24,007 bases of DNA from Oligoflexus sp. (GCA_041736305.1 JBGSTX010000085.1:1-24007), one strand, 5' to 3'. Numbered from the stretch's first letter, positions 1 to 8,234 are shown. A program made the numbers and translations. Notes: generated from the sequence alone by a model not told the origin.

Positions 1-136
1 CTCTTTTAAGAACTGCGATATCATTCAAGCATTTGATGGGTATATGTATGCTTAAGATTATCTCCGATCTGGGAGCAAGATGGCTCCCTATTCCTCCACG
101 CCCTAAAGGACGTGGTTTCCAAGGGAGCAAGAACTG
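1..136 (+). mobile_element. 3' terminal part of an IS200/IS605-superfamily IscB element
   Basis: iscB-like C-terminus; hairpin GGGAGC-AAGATG-GCTCCC (71-88); subterminal hairpin in TTCCT-CCACGCCCTAAAGGACGTGG-TTTCC (stem 96-115); then ...GAACTG|ATGA. The exact boundary at 136 is inferred. Confidence 0.8.
2..55 (+). CDS. iscB: 3' end (last 17 codons) of an RNA-guided endonuclease IscB, truncated by the window edge
   Basis: Frame 2 reads SFKNCDIIQAFDGYMYA*, matching the typical IscB C-terminus (S.K.C..[LI]Q..DGY.Y). It is followed by an IS200/IS605 terminal hairpin, and an omega-RNA 5' end lies at the other window edge. Confidence 0.8.
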   Translation, partial: SFKNCDIIQAFDGYMYA

Positions 137-1117
137 ATGAAGCTTTCAATTCTTGATCTTGCTCTGGTATCCCCTACTCACGGAGTAGCAGCAACTTTTG
201 CAGCGAGTGTTGCTTCTGCAGTGCGTGCCGAAGAACTTGGCTATACCCGCTATTGGTTTGCCGAGCATCACAACATGACCTCAATTGCCTCATCGGCGCC
301 GGCCGTGTTGATCGCGCACCTCGCTGCTCACACGAAAAAAATTCGCCTAGGCTCTGGCGGTATCATGCTGCCCAATCATTCTCCCCTTGTGATCGCCGAG
401 CAGTTTGGAACTTTGGCCTCTTTGCATCCAGGCCGCATCGATCTTGGCCTTGGTCGGGCACCTGGTGGGGACCACAAGGTCTTTGCCGCTCTCCGACGTG
501 ATCCTGCCGCTGCTGAACATTTTCCTCAGGACGTGCTGGAACTGCAGAGATTGCTCGGACCTACATCAAATGAGATGGCCGTAAAAGCTATACCTGGAAC
601 TGGAACCCAGGTTCCTCTCTATATTCTCGGCTCTTCACTTTTTGGAGCTCAGCTAGCCGCTCGCCTCGGTTTACCTTTCGCGTTTGCCTCACATTTTGCA
701 CCGGATGCTCTCGAAGCAGCTATGGAGATCTATCGCGAAGAGTTCCGACCTTCGGAGGCTTGTCCCACGCCTTACGCTATTGCGGGTATGAATGTTATCG
801 CCGCCGATAAGCAGGAAGAAGCCGAGCAACTATTCTATGAAGCATGGCGCCGTATCGCCCGCAGTATAGGTAAAATCGAAAGTTCAGAAAGCGTGGACGA
901 TGGGATTTTGCTCCGATCTCCTGCTGGACAGCATGCAAGGCATATGCTCACCTACGCTGCGGTGGGGGATGGTCCCCGCATAAAGGCCCAGGTAGAGCAA
1001 TTTGCGAAGCAATCCAGAGCGGATGAAATTATCGTCGCCACCCATCTCATTGAACCAAGTACACGTATTCGATCTTATGAAATTCTGGCTCAGGCCATGG
1101 ACTTATCTCCACGTTGA
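137..1117 (+). CDS. LLM class flavin-dependent oxidoreductase (luciferase-like, YhbW-type)
   Basis: Motifs RYWFAEHHN, IRLGSGGIMLPNHSPLVIAEQFGTL, GRIDLGLGRAPG, LGSSLFGAQLAARLGLPFAFASHF. Confidence 0.95.
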   Translation: MKLSILDLALVSPTHGVAATFAASVASAVRAEELGYTRYWFAEHHNMTSIASSAPAVLIAHLAAHTKKIRLGSGGIMLPNHSPLVIAEQFGTLASLHPGRIDLGLGRAPGGDHKVFAALRRDPAAAEHFPQDVLELQRLLGPTSNEMAVKAIPGTGTQVPLYILGSSLFGAQLAARLGLPFAFASHFAPDALEAAMEIYREEFRPSEACPTPYAIAGMNVIAADKQEEAEQLFYEAWRRIARSIGKIESSESVDDGILLRSPAGQHARHMLTYAAVGDGPRIKAQVEQFAKQSRADEIIVATHLIEPSTRIRSYEILAQAMDLSPR

Positions 1118-1285
1118 GCAGGCCACTTCAGAAGGATAAATTTAGCTTTTTCATTTAGCGATTTACGATGATCCTGAGAGATATAGTCCGGGAGAACGAA
1201 AAATGCAGCTCGCAAGAGTTCTCAATTTGGTCTATTCACCTCCTAGGTCTAGACTAACGATAGATTTCCCAATTAAGGAGGCACT

Positions 1286-1561
1286 ATGATTCTCTCAAAA
1301 ATACAAGCTTTAGCAGCCTGCACCCTGGCATCGACGTCTTTGCTCGCGTCGAGCTTGGCCTTCTCGGCAGCTAACGATCGGAATAAAAGACCCAAGCCCG
1401 ACAAGAAGGAAGTTTGGAGCTGTAGGGCCGAAGATTCGTCTGGAAGCGGCCTCTTCTACATCGGTCTAGATGAAGACCGCGGTGCCGCTCGTTCTAAGGC
1501 TCTTGAGACTTGCAACCGCTTTGTCGACAGTTGCTCTGTCAGCTGTGAAAGAAAGCTATAA
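1286..1561 (+). CDS. Small exported Cys-rich protein (DUF4189-like pattern)
   Basis: Strong RBS AAGGAGG, N-terminal signal peptide (..LAFSA), four Cys in the mature part (A.SKALETC...C.VSC). Confidence 0.7.
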   Translation: MILSKIQALAACTLASTSLLASSLAFSAANDRNKRPKPDKKEVWSCRAEDSSGSGLFYIGLDEDRGAARSKALETCNRFVDSCSVSCERKL

Positions 1562-1738
1562 AGCTTGCTTTGCAGCTGCTACTGAGGAGTGATTTTTTGA
1601 TCCAGGCTGGACGAACGAATCCAGCGTGGATACAAGCTCCCTCGCTTGCCTATAGTTTTTACGTCGGTCGTACCATCCCAAGCTACAAGACCAGCCGAAT
1701 CTGCTGTCCGCACTTAAAAATCAAACACAACAAGTCAC

Positions 1739-1763
1739 AGAGGCGAGCTAAAACCCCGCCTCT
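1739..1763 (-). terminator. Probable intrinsic terminator of the lipoprotein pair
   Basis: AGAGGCG-N11-CGCCTCT stem about 35 nt after the stop at 1798, followed on the minus strand by T-rich sequence. Confidence 0.45.
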
Positions 1764-1797
1764 AGCGCGACGAGCGTGGAAGGCAAGAACCTCATGC

Positions 1798-2280
1798 TCA
1801 GTCGATACGGTCGAGGGTACCAAAGGAATTTTCCCAGCCAATTAAACTTGTATGGTCAAGGTTTAAAGAAAATAAAGTCTCTTCTTCCAAGCTCTTCGTC
1901 TCAACACCCTTGAATCTAACAAAACAGCTTCGATCGATTTGATAATCAAGCAAGTAGACTGGCTGCTTACCGGGAACGATAAAAGCGGCCTTCGATGAAT
2001 CGAAAAATTTAATCGTCACGTTCTCATTGGCGAAGCTCAAACCGGACACGTCGGCTATGCAGAGTGGTGTGGTACCTCCGCTGCTGATGCCCCCATCCGC
2101 TTCTCTCATGTCGTCGCTGCGTGTACTCCCCACAACGGAAGGATCTTCCCCGAGAGGAAGAGGCGCGCTTGCTTCTATGCCTGTTTCCTCGATGGGGCCA
2201 GGCATATCGCTATTTTCAGTAGAACGGCTGCAACTGATGAGAAGAAAAGAGAGCAAGGCGAGTGAAAAAGTCTTGAACAT
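1798..2280 (-). CDS. Hypothetical lipoprotein
   Basis: Signal peptide with lipobox LISC, RBS GAGG, low-complexity linker, then a domain similar to 2401..2778. Confidence 0.75.
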   Translation of the reverse strand: MFKTFSLALLSFLLISCSRSTENSDMPGPIEETGIEASAPLPLGEDPSVVGSTRSDDMREADGGISSGGTTPLCIADVSGLSFANENVTIKFFDSSKAAFIVPGKQPVYLLDYQIDRSCFVRFKGVETKSLEEETLFSLNLDHTSLIGWENSFGTLDRID

Positions 2281-2400
2281 AAAATAAACCTCGGCTTGGG
2301 TGAAAGATCTTTTCGATACGACTCTATAGGCCGAGAAAAAGGTGTTTGCAAGAGAGGAAAAAACCGCAATTTGGCTGAATTTTCTCTCTCTTATTTAGGC

Positions 2401-2778
2401 TTACTTAGCGATTTTGAAAACTTCTTCTTCGTTATTCCAGTTTGTCAAAGTCTCGCCTTTGCAGTCTTGGAGAAGGACCAAGCCTTCTTTCAGTCCAGGG
2501 GCAAGATCGTCCGTAAGGGTGGTAAAGCCATTTCCTTCGCTCTTATAGTCGACAACCCAGGCGATATCGTCGCCCAGAACTCTGTAGCTAGCTTTATCCT
2601 TTGAGATAAACGAGATGACACGCACATCGCTTTCAAAGGAGCTTCCAACAAGCTGCTTGCTGCAGAGTGGGACAGAGGTCGCTAAATTATTTTCTTGAGA
2701 TTCCTTGCCACATGCGACGAAAAGCAGAGAAATTGCGACGAGCGAAGCAGATAGATTCCTAAACATATGATCTTCCAT
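2401..2778 (-). CDS. Hypothetical lipoprotein (start possibly ATG at 2766)
   Basis: Lipobox FVAC; shares PLC....G.SF.....I.F....KA...V.G......DY with 1798..2280. Confidence 0.75.
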   Translation of the reverse strand: MEDHMFRNLSASLVAISLLFVACGKESQENNLATSVPLCSKQLVGSSFESDVRVISFISKDKASYRVLGDDIAWVVDYKSEGNGFTTLTDDLAPGLKEGLVLLQDCKGETLTNWNNEEEVFKIAK

Positions 2779-2897
2779 TCTTAGTCTTGCTCCTAGCTTT
2801 TGCCCCTATGGCAGTCGAAGAAGCAAGTTCGATGGTCTATTGCTATCAGCCCCCCAACTCAATTTAAAGATTAATTATCTCATTTATTGATGATATT

Positions 2898-2948
2898 ATA
2901 GAGTTTGACTCTATGTATTCATAATCCATTAATATTATTAGATAATAT
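2898..2948. promoter_or_regulatory. AT-rich divergent promoter region with two perfect 7-3-7 palindromes
   Basis: ATAGAGT-TTG-ACTCTAT (2898-2914, overlapping TTGACT) and ATATTAT-TAG-ATAATAT (2932-2948). Confidence 0.5.
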
Positions 2949-2975
2949 GCCACTTGTGTTAGGAAGGGAGCCGAG

Positions 2976-3800
2976 ATGAATATCTACGATGCCCAATCAT
3001 ACAGGTTTTTTTTCAATGAAGTTCTGCAGGAACAGGCCTGGGGTGCCGTGAAGAAGTTTGCTGAGATCCTTAAATGCCATTCGACCTATGTGTCTCAGGT
3101 CGCTAAGGGAAAGGCGGATCTGAGTACCGAGCAAGCAATCGCGTTTTGCCAACACCTTGAACTGGACTCGGATGCTACCGAGCACTTCCTCGACCTTCTG
3201 CAGGAAGAAAAAGCTGGCAATAGCGAGACTCGCACGTTCTTTAGGCAAAAGATCATTCGGAGAATGGAAGCACGCATGAATATCAAGCGTCGCCTCCAAA
3301 TCAGTGAAAATATGAATAATGAACAAGAAAGCATCTACTACAGCGGGTGGCTTCCGCAGGTGGTTCACATGGCCTGTCAGCTGCCAGGCGAAGGTTCGGC
3401 TGCAGCGATCGCCAAGATTATCAAAGCTGAGCCTGATACCGTCGAAGCAATTCTTCAGGACCTGAATAAGATCGGCGTCATAAAATATAGCAAAGGTAAA
3501 ATCGATATCTTACGTGAATTCGTTCACCTCGGGGAAGAATCATCGAACATTAATCGCTTTCATGTCAACTGGCGCATGAAAACAGCTGCCGAGATCAGTG
3601 CCTCGACGCGTTTGCCGGGCATCCATTATTCTTCCGTGGCAAGCATGTCGGCTGAGACGGAAAAAGAGATCAAAGAGCTCATTCTACGACATGTCCAAGA
3701 TACAAGAAAGCTGATTGCCCCGTCGCCGAGTGAGGCCCTCTACGCATACTGCTTGGATTTCTACCAGCTCACGCATCTCCCGCCAAAAGCTCGAAGATAG
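2976..3800 (+). CDS. TIGR02147 family (DUF4423) protein, putative HTH regulator
   Basis: N-terminal YRFF..FAEILKCHSTYVSQVAKGKADLS.EQA HTH-like region, YYSGW, FHVNWR and C-terminal YAYCLDFY; about 270 aa, typical of the family. Confidence 0.85.
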   Translation: MNIYDAQSYRFFFNEVLQEQAWGAVKKFAEILKCHSTYVSQVAKGKADLSTEQAIAFCQHLELDSDATEHFLDLLQEEKAGNSETRTFFRQKIIRRMEARMNIKRRLQISENMNNEQESIYYSGWLPQVVHMACQLPGEGSAAAIAKIIKAEPDTVEAILQDLNKIGVIKYSKGKIDILREFVHLGEESSNINRFHVNWRMKTAAEISASTRLPGIHYSSVASMSAETEKEIKELILRHVQDTRKLIAPSPSEALYAYCLDFYQLTHLPPKARR

Positions 3801-3849
3801 AAATCCTAGTTTAATTCGTCGTTATGGTGAGGGGGTTTCGGATAAGCTC

Positions 3850-4578
3850 TTAACCAATGCGCCCGCTCAGGTAAGAACGGACCAGTGTATTGTCTGAGTT
3901 CGCGGCAAGAAAGTGGAGCTTCCCGCGGTCCACGATGCGTGAACCATCAGGGTTCGGCCATAGTACAAGAGTCTCGCTGGCCAATCGCGCTGCCTGTGCA
4001 ATATTATGGGTGACGATGAGAATGGCTGTAGAGGCCGACAGATCGCGGAGACTAGCTTCGATCGCCTGCGTTGCCAGCGGATCGAGACTCGAGCAGGGCT
4101 CATCCAAGAGCAGCAGTTCGGGTTCCAGCGCCAAGACACGCGCCAAGCAGAGGCGCTGCTGCTGCCCTCCCGACAGAGTTGCGGCAGCTTCATGGAGACG
4201 ATCCTTGACCTCATCCCAAAGGCCAGCTTGCGTAAGTGCCTTCGCGACTTGCTCCTCTGGCTTTCTGAAGCCTCGCTCTCGCAGGGCAAGCGCGACATTT
4301 TCAAAGATGCTGAGAGGAAACGGCAGAGGCCGCTGAAAAACAATCCCTACGATGCGCTCAGGTCGCTTCCGATAGATACGACCGCTGACATGAGCCCCAG
4401 GCGGGAGTATATCGGCCAGAGCATAGAGCAGAGTGGACTTACCTGAACCTGAGGGCCCAAGCAAAGCGCTTATTCTGCCCCGAAAAAGCTCCATATTGAT
4501 CTCAGCTAAAACCGTTCTTTCACCATAGCGGAGACTCAGGTTTTCTATTGTGCTGAGAGCTTCTTGCTGTTTTTCCAT
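3850..4578 (-). CDS. pstB: PstB-like ABC transporter ATP-binding protein
   Basis: Walker A GPSGSGKST, VFQRPLPFPLSIFENV, GLWDEVKDRL, LSGGQQQRLC, Walker B LLLLDEPCSSLDP, VTHN. Confidence 0.9.
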   Translation of the reverse strand: MEKQQEALSTIENLSLRYGERTVLAEINMELFRGRISALLGPSGSGKSTLLYALADILPPGAHVSGRIYRKRPERIVGIVFQRPLPFPLSIFENVALALRERGFRKPEEQVAKALTQAGLWDEVKDRLHEAAATLSGGQQQRLCLARVLALEPELLLLDEPCSSLDPLATQAIEASLRDLSASTAILIVTHNIAQAARLASETLVLWPNPDGSRIVDRGKLHFLAANSDNTLVRSYLSGRIG

Positions 4579-5383
4579 GAGTGAGCCCTCGAATGATAAA
4601 CCTTGATAAAAAAGAAAAGGCAGCGGTTAGGATAAGAATCACAGCCGCCGCCCGATAAGCTTGAGCGTCAGCACCGCCAACATTAAGGCTGAGGTCAAAA
4701 ATATGAACCGACAAACTTCGTCCCGACTCAAAGACGCTTTGCGGCCATCGCAAGGAGTAGCCAGAAGTATAGAGAAGAGCGGCAGTCTCACCAATCGCTC
4801 GCGTCCAAGCCAAGATCAGGGCTGCAAGCAGCGCCGGACGAATCAGAGGCATATAAATCTTAAAGGTCGCCGTCCATTCGGAAAGACCGAGCGAACGAGC
4901 CGTTCGCCGCAGGTCTGGGTCCAAAGCTGCAAGGGCATCCTCGACCAGACGAACAAAAAGCGGCAAGATCATCAGACTCAGAGTAAGACTACCGCTCAGG
5001 ATTGAATACGAGAGGCCAAGGACGCGACCAAAGAAGGCGAAACCGAATAGACCGTAGACGATGGAAGGCGTTGCAGCCAAGAGGTCCAGGCAGCCTCGTA
5101 TCCAACGCGTCATCCAATCAGACGAAGTCTTGGGCTGCCGGGCCAGACCCACCGCCAGTGGAAGACCCAGTAGGCAGACAAAGGTCAGAGTCAAAGCGTT
5201 GATCAGCAAAGTCGAGTAGATGACGGGTCCCACTCCTCCAAGACGACCCATGCGCACCGGTTCTTCGAGCCAGAAGCCGAGACGGAGGGCCCCCGGCGCA
5301 TGCAAAAGAACTGGCGCAAGAACAGCCACCCCGATCGCAAAAACGTAGAAAAGTGCCAGGCCCGTGCTTAAGCGGAGTTTCAT
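4520..5383 (-). CDS. pstA: PstA-like ABC transporter permease
   Basis: LAATPSIVYGLFG, GSLTLSLMILP, RAIGETAALLYTSG. The ATG at 5383 overlaps the pstC stop (TAATG), so it is preferred over 5422. Confidence 0.88.
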   Translation of the reverse strand: MKLRLSTGLALFYVFAIGVAVLAPVLLHAPGALRLGFWLEEPVRMGRLGGVGPVIYSTLLINALTLTFVCLLGLPLAVGLARQPKTSSDWMTRWIRGCLDLLAATPSIVYGLFGFAFFGRVLGLSYSILSGSLTLSLMILPLFVRLVEDALAALDPDLRRTARSLGLSEWTATFKIYMPLIRPALLAALILAWTRAIGETAALLYTSGYSLRWPQSVFESGRSLSVHIFDLSLNVGGADAQAYRAAAVILILTAAFSFLSRFIIRGLTHGKTARSSQHNRKPESPLW

Positions 5384-6261
5384 TATGCGTTTTCCCGACC
5401 TGCGAGGAAGCGCAAAACGCAAACGAGCAACAATAGACAGAGCCCTAAAAAAAAGAGCGCGGAGCGATGCAGTCCCTGAGCATAGGACATCTCGAGAGCT
5501 ATCGTCGCGTTGAGGGTCCGAAAGGGTTCAAAAAGCCCTTTCGGCAGTTGAATGTTGTTTCCCGCGACGAGCAGAACGGCCAGAGTTTCACCAAAGGCAC
5601 GCCCCGCACCTAAGATAAGCGCACGCCGTAGAAACCTTCTCCTCTGGGGGAGGATGACCTTGCGGATCAGGCTCGGTGTGCTGATTCCTAGGCTTTTTCC
5701 AACCTCAAGCAGAGGGTCGGTATCGATCACGAGCATGGCATGAACGTTGATAATAAGGCTCGGCAAGAGCACAAAGCTAAGTACAAATGAGGCAACCAAA
5801 AGTCCGAAGGCTGGGGGAAAGTAAACGGCCAAGATTGGCAGTAGAAAACTGAGACCGAAGAGACCCACAACCACTGATGGAATAGCCGCCATCAACTGGA
5901 GACTACCCAAGAGCCAGACGCTGGTCCGCGGGGAAGAGAAGAATCCTAGATAGATGGCGCTGGCGCGAGCGATTGGCCAGGCCTGCAGGAGACTTAGCCC
6001 CACCACCAAAACGCTGCCCACCACCATTGCCATGATTCCAAAGCGGTTTTCACTTGGAAACCAGGCCAGCTGAAAAAGGCTTTGCGAGGCTTCAGGAGCT
6101 TTAAGGAAAACTAAGGCTTCCTTGCCGAGGAAGACAAAGATACAGAGAATGCCTCCGCAGGCGAGAAGCCGAGTCAGGTCGATCCAGAATTCAAAGATGC
6201 GGTCTCGCCAGTTTTGTCGCATCTTCCTCTCAGGCTGCCTTGACTCGCCTAGCTTCAACAC
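5383..6261 (-). CDS. pstC: PstC-like ABC transporter permease
   Basis: WFP..FGIMAMVVGS, AAIPSVVVGLFG, GRAFGETLAVLLVAGN, IALEMSYA.GLHRSALF. Start uncertain (6261, 6258 or 6222). Confidence 0.88.
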   Translation of the reverse strand: MLKLGESRQPERKMRQNWRDRIFEFWIDLTRLLACGGILCIFVFLGKEALVFLKAPEASQSLFQLAWFPSENRFGIMAMVVGSVLVVGLSLLQAWPIARASAIYLGFFSSPRTSVWLLGSLQLMAAIPSVVVGLFGLSFLLPILAVYFPPAFGLLVASFVLSFVLLPSLIINVHAMLVIDTDPLLEVGKSLGISTPSLIRKVILPQRRRFLRRALILGAGRAFGETLAVLLVAGNNIQLPKGLFEPFRTLNATIALEMSYAQGLHRSALFFLGLCLLLLVCVLRFLAGRENA

Positions 6262-6265
6262 TTCC

Positions 6266-7075
6266 TCACAAAGGAATATAGTTCAGACTCTTCACGAGTT
6301 TTTGGCCCTCAGGTGAGCTTGCGAACTGAATGAACCCTTCTGCTGCGGGCTTCGCTTTGCCGCATTGTACAAGGCTCAAAGGACGCACGAGGGTATAACT
6401 TCCTTTTAGTACGGCGTCCGTCGTGGGTATCGCTCCATCGAGAGCTACCGACTTCACCTGAGAGTTCCCCTGACTCGCTAGCTCAGCGCTACTGATAGCA
6501 ACATAGCCTATAGCGCCTGGATTCGAGGCGATCGTTTTGAGACCCTGCTCTTCGTCGCCAATGATCAGACTGGCTTTGACGTCGGAAGGCTTCAGCTTGA
6601 AATGCTGAAGGAAGAGCTCGAGAGCAGCGCGACCCTCGGCCTTGTTTACGACCACCACTTTCTGATCGGGCCCACCCAGTTCTTTCCAATTTTGAATTTC
6701 ACCTCGGAAGATGCGGACAACTTGCTCCCCGGTGAAACTACTCAGCGAGTTCGTTTTATTGAGCATAAAGGCGATCCCATCCCGCGCGATGGGTACAGCT
6801 CGCACATTCCCATCCTCAGGTTTTAACGGCCTCGAAATCATACCGAGGTCGTTGAGGCCATCCCGGCAGTCGCTGAGACCTTTGGATGAGCCACCGGTCT
6901 GCACATCGAGTTGAACGTTAGCGTTGTTCTTTTCGTAGGCTTTAGCGATTTCGCTCACCAGCGGAGCCAAAGTACTCGAACCACTCAGAGTCAGCTTCTG
7001 CAGGCTGGCAGCAGCGCTCGATCCAAGAGAACCCCATAGGATTAAGGAACCTGCAATATAGAGACTAATCTTCAT
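6266..7075 (-). CDS. pstS: PstS-like substrate-binding protein with a divergent ligand motif
   Basis: Signal peptide, GSSTLAPL, TGGSSKG, GMISR, IARDGIA, GAIGY, G.Y.L.RPL. The canonical RxxxSGT is replaced by KAEGRAA. Confidence 0.85.
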   Translation of the reverse strand: MKISLYIAGSLILWGSLGSSAAASLQKLTLSGSSTLAPLVSEIAKAYEKNNANVQLDVQTGGSSKGLSDCRDGLNDLGMISRPLKPEDGNVRAVPIARDGIAFMLNKTNSLSSFTGEQVVRIFRGEIQNWKELGGPDQKVVVVNKAEGRAALELFLQHFKLKPSDVKASLIIGDEEQGLKTIASNPGAIGYVAISSAELASQGNSQVKSVALDGAIPTTDAVLKGSYTLVRPLSLVQCGKAKPAAEGFIQFASSPEGQKLVKSLNYIPL

Positions 7076-7093
7076 CGGCTGTTGCTCGCTTTC

Positions 7094-8020
7094 TCAGCTC
7101 TTGCTGTTGTTCTGACTAGGGTCCGCGGTCTCGACGGGCAACTCTTTCAAAGCTGCGTATTCCTTCCAGGACCCTTCATAAAGGACCACATTTTTGTAGC
7201 CAGCGACATGGGTGAGGTAGAAGCGCAGCAAGCTGCCCTCGCGCGATGTACCGCAGTAAACGATGATTTCCTTGTCGGGGCTGATACCTTTATCGGTCAA
7301 AAGGCTCTGCACTTCTGAATAAGGCTTAAACTTATGGGTATTGTCTGAGGTCATGACCATGCGCCAAGGAAAGCTGACCGCTCCAGGGATGTGTCCTTTG
7401 CGAGGCCAAACGCTGTCCTCACCGAGATACTCATTTTTGGGCCGCGCATCGACTAAAACGACGTTCTTTTGGTCTTTGCGCTGCATCACCGTTTTCACAT
7501 CGGTGCCGATCGAGAACTTCGCCTTCTTTGGGAGAGTTCCGCGCGGAGTATTGGGATACTCTTGCGAAAGTTCGTAGCTGAGCTTGTAGGCAGGTAGACC
7601 ACCATCGATAATTTTAATGTCTTCAATTCCATACTTCTCAAGCACGTAGGCGACCATGCTGGCACTCAGAATCTCGTCACCGGTACCCCCTTCGGCATAA
7701 AGGATATGCTGACGGCCCCTGTCAACTCCGGCTCGCTCGAGCAGAGGGCGCGTAAGATCCTCGGGCAGATATTGAACTGGTACGCCCTGATCTGTGCCTC
7801 TCAAAGTGTCAAAATTTATGTGGTGCGCTGTAGGTAGGTGACCGCTGATATAGTCTTTGTAACCTCCGCGTGTATCAAGAAGCAGCGGTCTTTTTTTTGC
7901 ATCCGTCCGGGTAATCGATTCGTGCGCTTCAGACGGACTGATCAAACCAATGGCCGCCAAACTCGGCGATGCCATGAACATGAGGCCCAGGCTACAAGCC
8001 CATTTCAACTTTCCTGACAT
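7094..8020 (-). CDS. Exported tandem-domain rhodanese/sulfurtransferase
   Basis: Signal peptide (..SPSLA), YISGHLPTA, KGHIPGA, active-site loop YCGTSREG, C-terminal signature LYEGSWKEY; RBS GGAG. Confidence 0.92.
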   Translation of the reverse strand: MSGKLKWACSLGLMFMASPSLAAIGLISPSEAHESITRTDAKKRPLLLDTRGGYKDYISGHLPTAHHINFDTLRGTDQGVPVQYLPEDLTRPLLERAGVDRGRQHILYAEGGTGDEILSASMVAYVLEKYGIEDIKIIDGGLPAYKLSYELSQEYPNTPRGTLPKKAKFSIGTDVKTVMQRKDQKNVVLVDARPKNEYLGEDSVWPRKGHIPGAVSFPWRMVMTSDNTHKFKPYSEVQSLLTDKGISPDKEIIVYCGTSREGSLLRFYLTHVAGYKNVVLYEGSWKEYAALKELPVETADPSQNNSKS

Positions 8021-8180
8021 ACGAAGTCTCCATCTCGGAAGATTTTCTCTCTAGATCAGTGGGATCCTAGGCAGCTTCCGTTTGGCGAGCAAGGATTATT
8101 GTTTCCGCCGATTTGGCTCTCGACATATGCACGTCTTCTCGAGATTCGCGCTGCGGAACTACCTACTTTTCGAGATCAGG

Positions 8181-8227
8181 GCTGCTGGAAAGCCAAGATG
8201 CAGAAGGATTCCAAGCCTTCTAGCAGC
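8181..8227 (-). terminator. Stem-loop just downstream of the AbgT-family gene
   Basis: GCTGCTGGAAAGC / GCCTTCTAGCAGC 13-bp imperfect stem; no clear U tract. Confidence 0.35.
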
Positions 8228-8234
8228 GATAATT

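Noticed and set aside
1179-1189. AGATATAGTCC, resembling the group I intron S element
   Set aside because: No upstream R element or P7 partner, and no room for an intron core or interrupted gene.
3867-7577. Many alternative-frame and antisense ORFs within the pst/rhodanese operon (and likewise within other long genes)
   Set aside because: Fully nested in well-supported genes, with atypical composition and no family motifs.
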